Shown here piece by piece: positions 28,909 through 38,626 of a DNA stretch of 64,000 nt. How positions within the stretch are numbered: the stretch's first letter is position 1; every line of letters begins with the position of its first letter. A model generated the notes under the pieces. It worked only from the letters and a program-made list of their open reading frames with translations, had not been told where the DNA came from and did no database searches. Source of the stretch: an uncultured bacterium (GTDB lineage: Bacteria; Patescibacteriota; Minisyncoccia; Phycocordibacterales; JAACPR01); contig CALLZK010000024.1 of assembly GCA_937858275.1 (NCBI GenBank), positions 72,745 through 136,744 on the forward strand. Reading direction: 5' to 3'. Both the position numbers and the translations under genes were made by a program.

Positions 28909-29562
28909 CTATCTCAAAAATTCTGCTTCAATTACCCATCTTTCTTGTTTTGAACCAAAAGTATTACAAGTTGAAATAGTTATCATTCTTTTTGAATTAT
29001 CAAATCTAACCAAAGCAGAATTTTCATTAACTAATTTTACACTTTTAACTCTGTAATTATATTTTTTACCGGCAGCAAAAACTTCTATCGTATCACCAAT
29101 AGACAATTTATTTAGATTATTAAAAGCTTTGTATGCTTGATTTCGAACATTTTGTAATCCGGAACTGTGACCAAATACAAACATATTTCCTTTTTCGATT
29201 GAACCAGACCCCGGATAATGGACAGCACCTTGCAATAAATATCTATCTAGTTCCACAACATCTCTGGTATTTGGATTTAAAACGGATGTATCTACACCAA
29301 TTTTTGAAATAATTATCCTGTCAGGTCTTGTGTAATTTTGAGCAACTAACTGATCCCTGTCATCTCTTTGATAAAAAACACTATTGTAATCAATCGCATC
29401 AGAATAATTTTCTATAACCTGTTCCTTACCCAAAAAATCTGAAATTCTATAACCCTCTGGTGCCAAACCGGTTAAAGAAAAAATAAAAAAAGAAATTAAA
29501 AAAATAACAGAAAAAATTCCCAAAAAATAAATGATGTCTTTTTTATTAGAATATAAATCCAT
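28909..29562 (-). CDS. Sortase-family transpeptidase
   Basis: N-terminal TM anchor. Catalytic His (VFGHSSG) and a TLxTC-type active site (ITISTCNT), with a downstream Arg in WVIEAEF. Confidence 0.75.
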   Translation of the reverse strand: MDLYSNKKDIIYFLGIFSVIFLISFFIFSLTGLAPEGYRISDFLGKEQVIENYSDAIDYNSVFYQRDDRDQLVAQNYTRPDRIIISKIGVDTSVLNPNTRDVVELDRYLLQGAVHYPGSGSIEKGNMFVFGHSSGLQNVRNQAYKAFNNLNKLSIGDTIEVFAAGKKYNYRVKSVKLVNENSALVRFDNSKRMITISTCNTFGSKQERWVIEAEFLR

Positions 29563-29655
29563 TTTATTAAAAAGTATTAATTAAAATAATAAATCAATTA
29601 TCAAAACAAGTCAAAATTTGCGATTTTTAATCAAAAAAGTTATTATATAAAAATT

Positions 29656-29739
29656 GCGCAGATGGCAGAGCGGTCAATTGCACCAGACTGTAAATCTGGC
29701 GCCCTAAGGGCTACGGGGGTTCAAGTCCCTCTCTGCGCA
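29656..29739 (+). tRNA. tRNA-Tyr (anticodon GTA), type II with a long variable arm
   Basis: Acceptor stem GCGCAGA/TCTGCGC, anticodon loop CTGTAAA, variable arm GCCCTAAGGGC, T-arm GGGGGTTCAAGTCCCTC, discriminator A. Confidence 0.85.
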
Positions 29740-29803
29740 CAAAAAATAAATTGATTAGTTCTACACTGAATGAAATTTTTCGTTTTATTATTGAAAAAAA
29801 TAT

Positions 29804-29833
29804 TTGACAATAGCATATTTTATATGTTATAAT
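29804..29833 (+). promoter_or_regulatory. Promoter TTGACA-18-TGtTATAAT driving island gene 29906-30430
   Basis: Near-identical (about 85% over 33 nt) to the promoter at 38706-38735. It is followed by a 9-bp palindromic hairpin (29842-29864) and an AAAGGA Shine-Dalgarno. Confidence 0.55.
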
Positions 29834-29905
29834 TATTTATAGATTCAAGAATTCATCTTGAATCATTGTTTTTAAAGTTGGTAAAACCGACAGAAAGGAT
29901 GAGAT

Positions 29906-30430
29906 ATGGTAAACAAAAAAATCATATTTTTTGTAAGAAACAACATCAAGATAATTTCGATCACATTGGTGTTGTGCATGTTCTTTGGTATCTTGCTTGA
30001 GAACATGAGAAATCGCCAGCAGTATCTAGAGATTCTGCTGGATGGTGGACGACCGGTGGTATGGTCAGTTCACCCGTGGAATTTTTGGGCAGTAAAAACC
30101 CATAATTCCAACTTCGGTCACCGCTGGATTGAATCCACAGTGATCGTAGAAATTGACATTATAAATTCCAAAAATCGCCAGAAATTGCGAGAGTTGGAAT
30201 TTATAAAGGCCCTTAATGAATTGTTGATTTCCGAAAGGAAATTAAATAAAATGATGGGCCTACCGCCAACAAAAAAAGTTGGCGGTGAAAGAGTTCGACT
30301 GGCAGATGTGCAAGTCGAACAAACCGTGGTCGGCCTAAGCTCTAACGAGTTGGCCACAAGAAAAATCAGAATGTTTCTTGCAGAAATGCAAGACACAAAC
30401 AAAGTCGGGGGAATCGTAATACCCCGATAA
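29906..30430 (+). CDS. Hypothetical membrane-anchored protein (174 aa); GC-atypical island gene
   Basis: One N-terminal TM helix. About 52% GC in a sampled 60-mer. Bounded by a strong promoter and a perfect 9-bp-stem terminator. Confidence 0.55.
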   Translation: MVNKKIIFFVRNNIKIISITLVLCMFFGILLENMRNRQQYLEILLDGGRPVVWSVHPWNFWAVKTHNSNFGHRWIESTVIVEIDIINSKNRQKLRELEFIKALNELLISERKLNKMMGLPPTKKVGGERVRLADVQVEQTVVGLSSNELATRKIRMFLAEMQDTNKVGGIVIPR

Positions 30431-30438
30431 AGAACTTT

Positions 30439-30476
30439 AGACCCCGGCAATTTATTTTGCCCGGGGTCTTTTATTA
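30439..30476 (+). terminator. Rho-independent terminator (AGACCCCGG...CCGGGGTCT followed by a T-run)
   Basis: A perfect 9-bp GC-rich stem, a 13-nt loop, then TTTTATTATT. Confidence 0.8.
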
Positions 30477-30593
30477 TTGAAACAACTAATCCCTATTCAA
30501 CAAATCTAAAACGCGGAATTTCTTTCCCTTCGAAATTAATCATCTCAAAAAACATTTTTTTGAGATTTTCCAGGTTTTATTTCCATAATATTT

Positions 30594-33269
30594 TTATACC
30601 CCAACAACAGAATTTTCTGTAAAGCTAGAAACTTTTTTTCCTCTTTTAACATCAAAAACAAATTGATTATTTTTGTGATCCACCGTAACCACATCTCCAT
30701 CTGCGAGATTTGATTTTATAATAAGCTGGGCTAATGTGTTTAGTATTTTATCTTGAATTAATCTCTTTAGGGGTCGTGCTCCGTAATGAGGATCGTAACC
30801 ATCTTTTGCCAAAATAGAAATAGCATTTGGTGAAATTTTCAAACCAATTCCCTTTTGTTCTAATCTTTTTCTAACTTCATCTAATTGAATATCGGTAATT
30901 TTTTGAATTGAATCCTGACTTAAAATATCAAAAATAATTATGTCATCCAAACGATTCAAAAATTCCGGTCTAAAATTATCTTTTAGTGATTTCATAACAT
31001 TTTGTTTTGCATCTTGATATTGAACATTTGCTGTTTCACCAAAAGAAAATCCAATTTTTTCCATTTTATCAATATACTCTGCTCCAATATTTGAAGTCAA
31101 AATAATTATTGAATTTTTGAAGTTAACCAAACGACCTTTTGCATCAGTCAATCTTCCATTATCCAAAACCTGCAACAAAATATTGAAAACTTCTGGGTGA
31201 GCTTTTTCAATTTCATCAAATAAAATTACAGAATACGGCCTATGACGAATTGTTTCTGTTAAGGTACCAGAATCCTCGTGTCCAACATATCCAGGAGGTG
31301 CTCCAATCATTTTTGAAATAGAATGTTTTTCCATATATTCTGACATATCAACACGAATCAGGGCTTTGTCGTCATTGAACATAAATTCAGCCAATGCTTT
31401 TGTTAATTCTGTTTTACCAACCCCAGTTGGACCAAGAAATATAAAAGATCCGATCGGACGATTTGGGTCAGCAACACCGGCACGAGAACGACGAATTGTA
31501 TCTGCGATTTTGTGAACGGCATTATCCTGGCCGATAATTCTTTTTTTCAAATCATCTTCCATTCTAGATAATTTTGTGGCTTCTTCTTCAAGCATTTTTG
31601 AAACAGGAATACTAGTCCAACGAGACACAACAGAAGCTATGTCTTCTTCGGTTATTTCTTCTTTCAAAATTTGTCTAGAGCTTTGTAACTGCTTTAATCT
31701 TTTTTCTTTTGATTTTAAATCTTTTTCAAGTTGCGGAATCAGACCGTAACGAATTTCTGCCGCTTTTGTTAAATCAACTGCTGATTCAGCACTTTCAGCA
31801 TCAATTCTGGCTCTTTCTAATTTTGATTTTAAATCTTTTATGGCAACGATTGTTTCTTTTTCATTCTTCCATTTTAATTCTAATTCTCTGATTCCCTCTT
31901 TCAAATCAGCAACATCTTTTTCAATCTCTTTTAATCTTTCGGAGGTTTTCTTTGATTTTTTTGATTCATTTTTTAGGGCCTCTCTTTCTATTTCTAATCT
32001 TGTAATTTTTCGACGGGTATTTTCTAATTCTGGAGGCATGTTTTCTAAAGAAATTTTTAATGTTGAAGAAGCCTCGTCAATTAAGTCTACAGCTTTATCT
32101 GGTAAAAATCTGTCTGTTATATAACGGCTAGACAATTCAACAGATGCCACAATTGCATCATCTGAAATTCTTACTCCGTGATACAGTTCATATTTTTCTT
32201 TTAATCCTCTCATTATGGAAATTGCATCTTCGATAGATGGTTCATTTACATGAACTGGTTGAAATCTACGAGTCAGGGCAGAATCTTTTTCAATATATTT
32301 TTGATATTCTTTTAGAGTTGTTGCACCAATAACTTTTATCTCTCCTCTTGCCAATGCTGGTTTTAACATGTTTGAAGCATCCAAAGACCCTTCTGATGCA
32401 CCGGCACCAGAAAGTGTATGAATTTCATCTATAAACAAAATTATTTTCCCCTCAGCAGCAATGGCTTCTTTTATTATTTTCTTTAAGCGATCTTCAAATT
32501 CACCACGATATTTTGTTCCGGCGACTAATCCGCCAAGATCCAAACAGACCAATTCTCTATCTTTTAGAGATTCTGGAACATCACCTTGTGAAATTCTAAG
32601 TGCCAAACCTTCGACTATTGCTGTTTTTCCAACCCCAGCCTCCCCTATCAAAATAGGATTATTTTTGGTTCTTCGAGATAAAATTTGAATTACACGATTT
32701 ATTTCCTGATCTCTTCCAATAACCGGATCTAATTTATTTTGAGAAGCTTTTTCGGTAAGACTTTGTGTATATTTTTTTATAGACTTATAACTTTTTGGGG
32801 ATTTTTCAAAATCACTTTTACTATTTCTAAGATCGTTTAGAATTTTTAAAACCTGAGATTTGTCTATTTTAAAAGTTTCTAAAATTTCTTTTGCGGAACT
32901 TCTAATATCAAAACATGCCAAAAACAAATGCTCTGTAGAAACAAAATTATCTCCCAAAGAACTCGCAATCGTATTTGAATGTTCAATTATTTGAGCAAGT
33001 TCTGGCACCAAATACATTTGAAAAGACGGCGACAAAACTTCTCTGCTTTCCAGATTATCTATTGCATCAAATAATGTTTCTGTTAATAAAACAGAGTCTA
33101 CTCCTATTTTATCCAAGATAGAAGAAACAATACTTTCCTCTTGTGCAACTAAAGCAGTCAATAAATGATTTGGATTAACATGATTTTGACCTCTTTCTAT
33201 AGCAAATTCATGAGACTGTTTTATGGCCTCTCTTGCTTTTGCTGTGAAATTTTTGAATGGTGGCATCAT
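30594..33269 (-). CDS. clpB: Chaperone ClpB (AAA+ disaggregase)
   Basis: Clp_N repeats, two AAA+ modules (GEAGVGKTA and GPTGVGKTE), and a coiled-coil M-domain between them. Confidence 0.95.
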   Translation of the reverse strand: MMPPFKNFTAKAREAIKQSHEFAIERGQNHVNPNHLLTALVAQEESIVSSILDKIGVDSVLLTETLFDAIDNLESREVLSPSFQMYLVPELAQIIEHSNTIASSLGDNFVSTEHLFLACFDIRSSAKEILETFKIDKSQVLKILNDLRNSKSDFEKSPKSYKSIKKYTQSLTEKASQNKLDPVIGRDQEINRVIQILSRRTKNNPILIGEAGVGKTAIVEGLALRISQGDVPESLKDRELVCLDLGGLVAGTKYRGEFEDRLKKIIKEAIAAEGKIILFIDEIHTLSGAGASEGSLDASNMLKPALARGEIKVIGATTLKEYQKYIEKDSALTRRFQPVHVNEPSIEDAISIMRGLKEKYELYHGVRISDDAIVASVELSSRYITDRFLPDKAVDLIDEASSTLKISLENMPPELENTRRKITRLEIEREALKNESKKSKKTSERLKEIEKDVADLKEGIRELELKWKNEKETIVAIKDLKSKLERARIDAESAESAVDLTKAAEIRYGLIPQLEKDLKSKEKRLKQLQSSRQILKEEITEEDIASVVSRWTSIPVSKMLEEEATKLSRMEDDLKKRIIGQDNAVHKIADTIRRSRAGVADPNRPIGSFIFLGPTGVGKTELTKALAEFMFNDDKALIRVDMSEYMEKHSISKMIGAPPGYVGHEDSGTLTETIRHRPYSVILFDEIEKAHPEVFNILLQVLDNGRLTDAKGRLVNFKNSIIILTSNIGAEYIDKMEKIGFSFGETANVQYQDAKQNVMKSLKDNFRPEFLNRLDDIIIFDILSQDSIQKITDIQLDEVRKRLEQKGIGLKISPNAISILAKDGYDPHYGARPLKRLIQDKILNTLAQLIIKSNLADGDVVTVDHKNNQFVFDVKRGKKVSSFTENSVVGV

Positions 33270-33284
33270 ATTTTTTTGTGTTTT

Positions 33285-34130
33285 TTAATTTCTAAATACA
33301 CCCGATGATACAAAATCTTTTATGTTTTGTGAAGGCAAAAAAGAATTTGGTTTTGTTTGATCAAATCCTATTCTAATACCAATTAATTCGCCTTTTAAAT
33401 TTAGTAACATTGCCCCATTATTTATTTTTGTAGGATCCAAATTTGTATCTATTGAATTTAAAATAGTCTTTCCGGAAGATTCAGATTCTCCGGGTGGCAA
33501 ATCTGTCTTATCTAAAGCAGAAACTATACCAGTAGAAACAACATTATTTGATTGACCAGCAAGAGATATGACTGATTGACCAAGTCTAACAGATTGAGAA
33601 TCTCCGACATTTACGGCAGAAAACTTGACCAATCCTTCTGTTGGAATTTTCAAAACTGCAAATGGATTGTTTGGCTCTCTAAATGAAATTGACAAATCTC
33701 TTTCACCAGACACAAATTGTGCTACATAATTATTTCCGGAAATAATATTTCTCGCATCTGCCAACACATGCCCATCCGATGTTATTATAATACCAATTCC
33801 AACAAAAACTTTTAGATCTCCGACTTTGCTGAATATTCTAACCAAACTATCTGAATTTTTTGAAACGGCTTCTACCATTAAATCTTCAGCATTTATAACA
33901 ACAGTTTCAACAACCTTTTCAACCGTGACATTGTTATTTTCATCTTTCACTTCCACAACCCTTTCGACTGTTTTTTCAACTATTCTATTTATTGTTTGTG
34001 TAATTGGTTCTGGTGCTTTTTCTAATAAAGAAACTGTTGTAATGCCAGTTGCAATTGATGTCACAAAACTAACTAATAAAGTTAATAAAACTATTTGTTG
34101 AGAATTTAAGTCTTGCATAATTATTGACAT
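33285..34130 (-). CDS. HtrA/DegP-like trypsin-fold protein without a PDZ domain; catalytic Asp and Ser not conserved (probable pseudoprotease)
   Basis: N-terminal TM. The His box GHVLADARNI is retained. The expected TDLAVLKI is NPFAVLKI, and the GNSGGPL serine box reads INNGAMLL. Confidence 0.65.
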   Translation of the reverse strand: MSIIMQDLNSQQIVLLTLLVSFVTSIATGITTVSLLEKAPEPITQTINRIVEKTVERVVEVKDENNNVTVEKVVETVVINAEDLMVEAVSKNSDSLVRIFSKVGDLKVFVGIGIIITSDGHVLADARNIISGNNYVAQFVSGERDLSISFREPNNPFAVLKIPTEGLVKFSAVNVGDSQSVRLGQSVISLAGQSNNVVSTGIVSALDKTDLPPGESESSGKTILNSIDTNLDPTKINNGAMLLNLKGELIGIRIGFDQTKPNSFLPSQNIKDFVSSGVFRN

Positions 34131-34166
34131 TATAAACTAAAAAAGAAAATAAATAAAGTCAAAAAA

Positions 34167-35372
34167 TTATTGATATATATTTGTTTTTAATATTTTTTGT
34201 ATTGCTTGTATTGTAAAATCAATATGTTTTTTGACCGTTTTTCTACCCATAGTAAATCTAAGTGACGATTTTTGACAACCCGGATTTATAGATTCAATAA
34301 CATAAGAGCTTGTTTCACTAGACAAATTTTTACAAGAAGTTGTAGATGCGCAACAAATTCCCAATTCTGCCAATTGAATAACAGCAAATTCGGCATTTAG
34401 ATTTGGGATACAAAAATTTACATTATTTGGTAATCTATTTTTTAAATCACCATTAATTTTTGTTTCTGAAAATTTATTTTGAATTTGTTCAAAAAAATAT
34501 TTTTGTAAAATAAAAAGTCTTTCAAATTCTTGTTCTCTTTTTTCAACACAAATTTCAAGTGCTTTTGTAAAACCAACAATAAGAGGTAAATTTTCTGTAC
34601 CAGGCCTGATACCAAACTCATGCGAACCGCCATATATAATTGACTCTATTGGAACAAAACTTCTCTTTACCAAAACACCACAACCTTTTGGTCCGTATAT
34701 TTTTGAACCGTCCAATGTCATAAGATCAACCGCAATTTGATTTATATTAATATTTAAATAATTTGGAGCTTGGCTGGCATCAGTATGCAAATAAGGATAA
34801 TCAAATTTTGATTTATTATTATTTTTTTTATATTTTGAAATTGCAACGGAAATTTTTCTAATCGGAAAAATTGTTCCGATTTCATTATTAGCAAACATCA
34901 CAGAAATCAAAATAGTTTCTTTTCTAATTTTGGAGTAAACCAAATTTTCATCAAAAATTCCTTTATCGTTTACTTTTAAATATTCCACATCAAAACCCTC
35001 AGTCTCTAAATATTTGCAAGATTCTAGGACGGCAACATGTTCTATATTACTGACCAAAATATGAGGTTTAAAATCTAAATTATTTTTTATTAATTTTTTT
35101 TTGATTGCCCTTGCAACACCAATTATTGCCAAATTAGCACTTTCTGTACCTCCGGCTGTAAAAATAACTTCGGCGGATTTTGATTGAACAATTTTGGCAA
35201 TTTTTTCTCGACAATTATCAATTACTTTTCTATTTAAAATACCTTCCTCATACAAAGAGGATGCATTATAAAATTTGTCAGAAAAATAAGGCAACATTTC
35301 TTTGACAACTTTTTTATCAACTGGTGTGGTTGATGCATAATCTAAAAAAACCCTATTTGTTTTTAAAAACAT
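34167..35372 (-). CDS. Cysteine desulfurase (class V aminotransferase, NifS/IscS family)
   Basis: VFLDYASTTPVD N-terminus and the PLP-lysine region DGSKIYGPKGCGVL. Confidence 0.85.
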   Translation of the reverse strand: MFLKTNRVFLDYASTTPVDKKVVKEMLPYFSDKFYNASSLYEEGILNRKVIDNCREKIAKIVQSKSAEVIFTAGGTESANLAIIGVARAIKKKLIKNNLDFKPHILVSNIEHVAVLESCKYLETEGFDVEYLKVNDKGIFDENLVYSKIRKETILISVMFANNEIGTIFPIRKISVAISKYKKNNNKSKFDYPYLHTDASQAPNYLNININQIAVDLMTLDGSKIYGPKGCGVLVKRSFVPIESIIYGGSHEFGIRPGTENLPLIVGFTKALEICVEKREQEFERLFILQKYFFEQIQNKFSETKINGDLKNRLPNNVNFCIPNLNAEFAVIQLAELGICCASTTSCKNLSSETSSYVIESINPGCQKSSLRFTMGRKTVKKHIDFTIQAIQKILKTNIYQ

Positions 35373-35394
35373 GTTATATAATAGTTAATTAAAT

Positions 35395-35877
35395 ATGATA
35401 AACATTTTAAGCCCAATAACTATAATATACATTATTTCCGGATTAATTCTAGTATTGATATTTTTATTGATTTGGAACATAAGATTAGAAATAAAAATCA
35501 AAAGACTTCTTAGAGGAAAAAATTCGCATTCAATAGAAGACAGCATTATAAAAATTCAATCTGATTTGAATAATTTACAAATATTCAAAGCCGAAATAGA
35601 AAAACATCTAATAAATGTAGAGAAAAGATTATCTACAAGCATTAGATCCGTAGAAAACATCAATTTTAATGCATTCACCGGACTAGAATCTGGTGGAAAA
35701 AGTTTTGCAACTGTCTTTTTAAATGAAAAAGGAGATGGAATAATACTGTCCAGTCTTCATGCAAGAGACAGAATAAGTGTTTTTGTAAAACAAATAAAAA
35801 AATATAAGTCAAATATTGAATTATCAGAAGAAGAAAAAAATGTTTTGACAAAAGCGAAAGAATCGTGCATTGTTTAG
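35395..35877 (+). CDS. Hypothetical membrane protein (N-terminal TM plus coiled coil)
   Basis: An ORF with one hydrophobic N-terminal helix. No diagnostic motif recognised. Confidence 0.45.
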   Translation: MINILSPITIIYIISGLILVLIFLLIWNIRLEIKIKRLLRGKNSHSIEDSIIKIQSDLNNLQIFKAEIEKHLINVEKRLSTSIRSVENINFNAFTGLESGGKSFATVFLNEKGDGIILSSLHARDRISVFVKQIKKYKSNIELSEEEKNVLTKAKESCIV

Positions 35878-35899
35878 ATTAATAATAAAAAAGATAGAC

Positions 35900-37423
35900 A
35901 TGGATGCAAAACAAAAACAAAATATAATAGAAAGACCGCCTGTTGTAGTCATAATGGGTCATATAGATCACGGAAAATCAAGTCTGCTTGATTTTATTAG
36001 AAAATCAAATGTGGTTTCAAAAGAAGCGGGAGGAATAACACAACACCTTGGTGCTTATGAAATAGAACACAAAAATGCCGAGGGTATAACAAAAAAAATT
36101 ACTTTTCTGGATACACCAGGCCACTCAGCATTTTGCGGTGTTAGAACTCGTGGAGCAAAAGTCGCAGATATTGCAATTTTAATAATTTCTGCCGAAGATG
36201 GAGTAATGCCACAAACAATTGAAGCCCTTGAGTGTATAAAAAAAGATAATTTGTCTTTTATTGTTGCAATAAATAAAATAGATTCCCCAAAGGCAAACAT
36301 AGAAAAAGTAAAAAGTGATCTAATTGAAAATCAAATCTATGTAGAAGGATATGGTGGAACAATTCCGGTTGTAAACATATCAGCAAAAGAAGGAACTAAT
36401 ATAAATGAATTGTTAGATTTAATTTTGGTGGCATCAGAAGTAGAAGGCCTAAAAGCTGACACAGAAAAAATGGCTGAAGGATTTGTAATAGAAACACACA
36501 AAGATAAAAACAAGGGAATTTCTGCAACATTGGTTATAAAAAATGGCACACTAAAACAAGGTCAATTTGTAGCATGTTGCCAGATGTTTTCCCCAATTCG
36601 AATATTTGAGGACCATGATAACAAATCAATAAAATCAGCCACAGTATCAAGACCGGTAAAAATATGTGGCTGGAATGAATTTCCAGTTGTGGGAGAAATT
36701 TTTTACACTTTTAATTCAAAAAAAGAAGCTGAAAAATATTGTGAAGATTATAAATTCAAAATTCAAGAACAAAAAAACAAAGACAATCTCAAAAAACAAA
36801 ACACTGCTTTGGATGAAATTTTTACCGTTCCAATTATTATAAAAGCAGATACTCATGGATCAATAGAGGCCGTAGAACACGAACTAAAAAAAATCAACAC
36901 AATAAATTCCAAAATAAAAATAATCTCAACTGGAACTGGAAATATAACAGAGATAGATGCGAAAACTGCAAGTGGAAATGAAAATACAATTATAGTTGGT
37001 TTTGGAATAGAAATAGACACTAGGGCACAAATTATTATAGACAGAATGAATGTAATTGCAAAAACTTTTGATATAATATATGAGTTGACTGATTGGATTG
37101 AAAAAGAAATAGAAAATAAAAGACCAAGAATAGAAGTTGAAGAAACCACTGGAAAAGCCAAAATTCTAAAAAAATTCAATGAAAATAAAAATATGCAGGT
37201 TTTGGGTGCAAGAGTTTTGGAAGGAAAAATAAAAATATCCAATGATGTCAAAATTTTGAGAAGAAGCGAAGAAATAGGTAGAGCAAGAATTAAAGAATTG
37301 CAAAGTCAAAAACAAAAAGTTGGTGAAGTTGATGAAGGAACAGAATTTGGATTATGTATTGAATCAAAATTTGATATTGTTCCAGGAGACGAAATAGAAA
37401 TTTTTGAAAAAATTAAAAAATAA
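35900..37423 (+). CDS. infB: Translation initiation factor IF-2, short form
   Basis: G-domain motifs GHIDHGKSSLLD, DTPGH, NKID. The six-frame track starts at the TTG at 35870, overlapping the previous stop, so the ATG at 35900 (MDAKQKQ) is preferred. Confidence 0.9.
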   Translation: MDAKQKQNIIERPPVVVIMGHIDHGKSSLLDFIRKSNVVSKEAGGITQHLGAYEIEHKNAEGITKKITFLDTPGHSAFCGVRTRGAKVADIAILIISAEDGVMPQTIEALECIKKDNLSFIVAINKIDSPKANIEKVKSDLIENQIYVEGYGGTIPVVNISAKEGTNINELLDLILVASEVEGLKADTEKMAEGFVIETHKDKNKGISATLVIKNGTLKQGQFVACCQMFSPIRIFEDHDNKSIKSATVSRPVKICGWNEFPVVGEIFYTFNSKKEAEKYCEDYKFKIQEQKNKDNLKKQNTALDEIFTVPIIIKADTHGSIEAVEHELKKINTINSKIKIISTGTGNITEIDAKTASGNENTIIVGFGIEIDTRAQIIIDRMNVIAKTFDIIYELTDWIEKEIENKRPRIEVEETTGKAKILKKFNENKNMQVLGARVLEGKIKISNDVKILRRSEEIGRARIKELQSQKQKVGEVDEGTEFGLCIESKFDIVPGDEIEIFEKIKK

Positions 37424-37424
37424 A

Positions 37425-37760
37425 ATGATAGATAATCACCCTCACAGAAAAGAAAAGATTTTAGAAATTATAACTCATTCAGCATCCGAGTTTATTCAAA
37501 AAGAGTCCAATCAAAACTCAATGATCACAGTTACAAGAGCGGAACTTTCTTCAGACTTTCAAAAAGCCGATATTTTTGTTACAGTTTTTCCAGACGACAA
37601 AGAAGAAAAAGCGATTGAGTTTTTAAAAAGAAACTTGAATGAATTTAGAGATTTTGTAAAATCAAAAACCAGACTTCAGCATATTCCGTGGTTTGATTTT
37701 AAAATAGATCAAGGTGAGAAAAAAAGACAAAGAATTGACGAACTGTCTTTAAAAATTTAA
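37425..37760 (+). CDS. rbfA: Ribosome-binding factor A
   Basis: RbfA-like core ...SMITVTRAELSSDFQKADIFVTVF..., located immediately after infB. The ATG at 37425 lies 1 nt after the infB stop. The six-frame track gives an alternative upstream start at 37404. Confidence 0.8.
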   Translation: MIDNHPHRKEKILEIITHSASEFIQKESNQNSMITVTRAELSSDFQKADIFVTVFPDDKEEKAIEFLKRNLNEFRDFVKSKTRLQHIPWFDFKIDQGEKKRQRIDELSLKI

Positions 37761-37763
37761 AAT

Positions 37764-37835
37764 GGCGTGGTGGCGAAGTGGAAACGCTGCGGTCTGCAAA
37801 ACCGCCATGCGCGGGTTCGATTCCCGCCCACGCCT
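37764..37835 (+). tRNA. tRNA-Cys (GCA)
   Basis: Acceptor stem GGCGTGG/CCACGCC, anticodon loop CTGCAAA, T-arm GCGGGTTCGATTCCCGC, discriminator U as is typical for tRNA-Cys. Confidence 0.8.
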
Positions 37836-37867
37836 CAAGTTTGAAAATATTTTCAAACAAAAATAAA

Positions 37868-37949
37868 GCCCGGGTGGCGGAATTGGTATACGCGCACGAC
37901 TTAAAATCGTGTCCCTTACGGGTTGCGGGTTCGACCCCCGCCCCGGGCA
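37868..37949 (+). tRNA. tRNA-Leu (TAA), type II
   Basis: Acceptor stem GCCCGGG/CCCGGGC, anticodon stem-loop CACGA-CTTAAAA-TCGTG, long variable arm, T-arm GCGGGTTCGACCCCCGC. Confidence 0.85.
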
Positions 37950-38007
37950 CAAATAGAAAGTTTTAAAATTACAAGTGCACTCGCACGACTTTCTATTCAA
38001 ATATTTG

Positions 38008-38050
38008 CGTGTCCCTTACGGGTTGCGGGTTCGACCCCCGCCCCGGGCAC
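38008..38050 (+). repeat. 43-nt direct duplicate of the 3' portion of tRNA-Leu(TAA) (identical to 37908-37950), exactly 100 bp downstream
   Basis: CGTGTCCCTTACGGGTTGCGGGTTCGACCCCCGCCCCGGGCAC occurs twice. The intervening 57 bp contains a 10-bp inverted repeat AATAGAAAGT/ACTTTCTATT. Confidence 0.85.
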
Positions 38051-38061
38051 AATAAAATAAA

Positions 38062-38134
38062 CCGCCCATAGCTCAGTTGGTAGAGCACCCGCCTCTTAAG
38101 CGGAGGGTCGTAGGTTCAAATCCTACTGGGCGGA
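38062..38134 (+). tRNA. tRNA-Lys (CTT)
   Basis: Acceptor stem CCGCCCA/TGGGCGG, D-arm GCTCAGTTGGTAGAGC, anticodon loop CTCTTAA, T-arm GTAGGTTCAAATCCTAC. Confidence 0.8.
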
Positions 38135-38192
38135 CAAAAATAATTTAAAAATCTTGCTTAGTTATGTTTTTATGTGTAATATATTTAACATT

Positions 38193-38273
38193 GCGCGGGT
38201 GGTGAAATGGCAGACACGCTTGCCTTAGGAGCAAGTGCCGCAAGGCATGGAGGTTCAAGTCCTCTCCCGCGCA
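38193..38273 (+). tRNA. tRNA-Leu (TAG), type II
   Basis: Acceptor stem GCGCGGG/CCCGCGC, anticodon stem-loop CTTGC-CTTAGGA-GCAAG, long variable arm, T-arm GGAGGTTCAAGTCCTCT. Confidence 0.85.
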
Positions 38274-38626
38274 CATAAAACAAAGGAGGAGGATGCGAAA
38301 GCATTCTCCGACTTTTGTTTTACAAGCGGAGAGGGCTTGAAAGCCGGACTGAGTAAAAAGAGCGGAGCGATTTTTTACGAAGGAGGCGGGGTCGCGAGTT
38401 TCGAGGCAAAGCCGAGAAAATTTGTGACCAAGTCCTCTCCCGCGCACATAAAACAAAGGAGGAGGATGCGAAAGCATTCTCCGACTTTTGTTTTACAAGC
38501 GGAGAGGGCTTGAAAGCCGGACTGAGTAAAAAGAGCGGAGCGATTTTTTACGAAGGAGGCGGGGTCGCGAGTTTCGAGGCAAAGCCGAGAAAACTTGTGA
38601 CCAAGTCCTCTCCCGCGCACATAAAA
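38256..38626 (+). repeat. 173-bp tandem repeat, about 2.1 copies, each unit beginning with the last approximately 19 nt of tRNA-Leu(TAG)
   Basis: Units at 38256-38428 and 38429-38601, plus a partial third copy at 38602-38626. The full units differ by a single T/C. CAAGTCCTCTCCCGCGCACATAAAA recurs three times. Confidence 0.9.

Noticed and set aside
34131-34166. CIRCE or CtsR heat-shock operator upstream of the HtrA-like and clpB genes
   Set aside because: No TTAGCACTC-N9-GAGTGCTAA inverted repeat or GGTCAAA tandem heptads were found in the short upstream regions.
37699-38000. ORFs 37699-37950(-), 37749-38000(-) and 37778-37966(+) of 62-83 aa
   Set aside because: They lie entirely within tRNA-Cys and tRNA-Leu genes and their GC-rich flanks. 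They are artefacts of high GC.
38256-38626. CRISPR array
   Set aside because: The repeat unit is 173 bp with no unique spacers, and it is seeded by a tRNA 3' end. This does not match the CRISPR architecture of 24-50-nt repeats separated by unique spacers.
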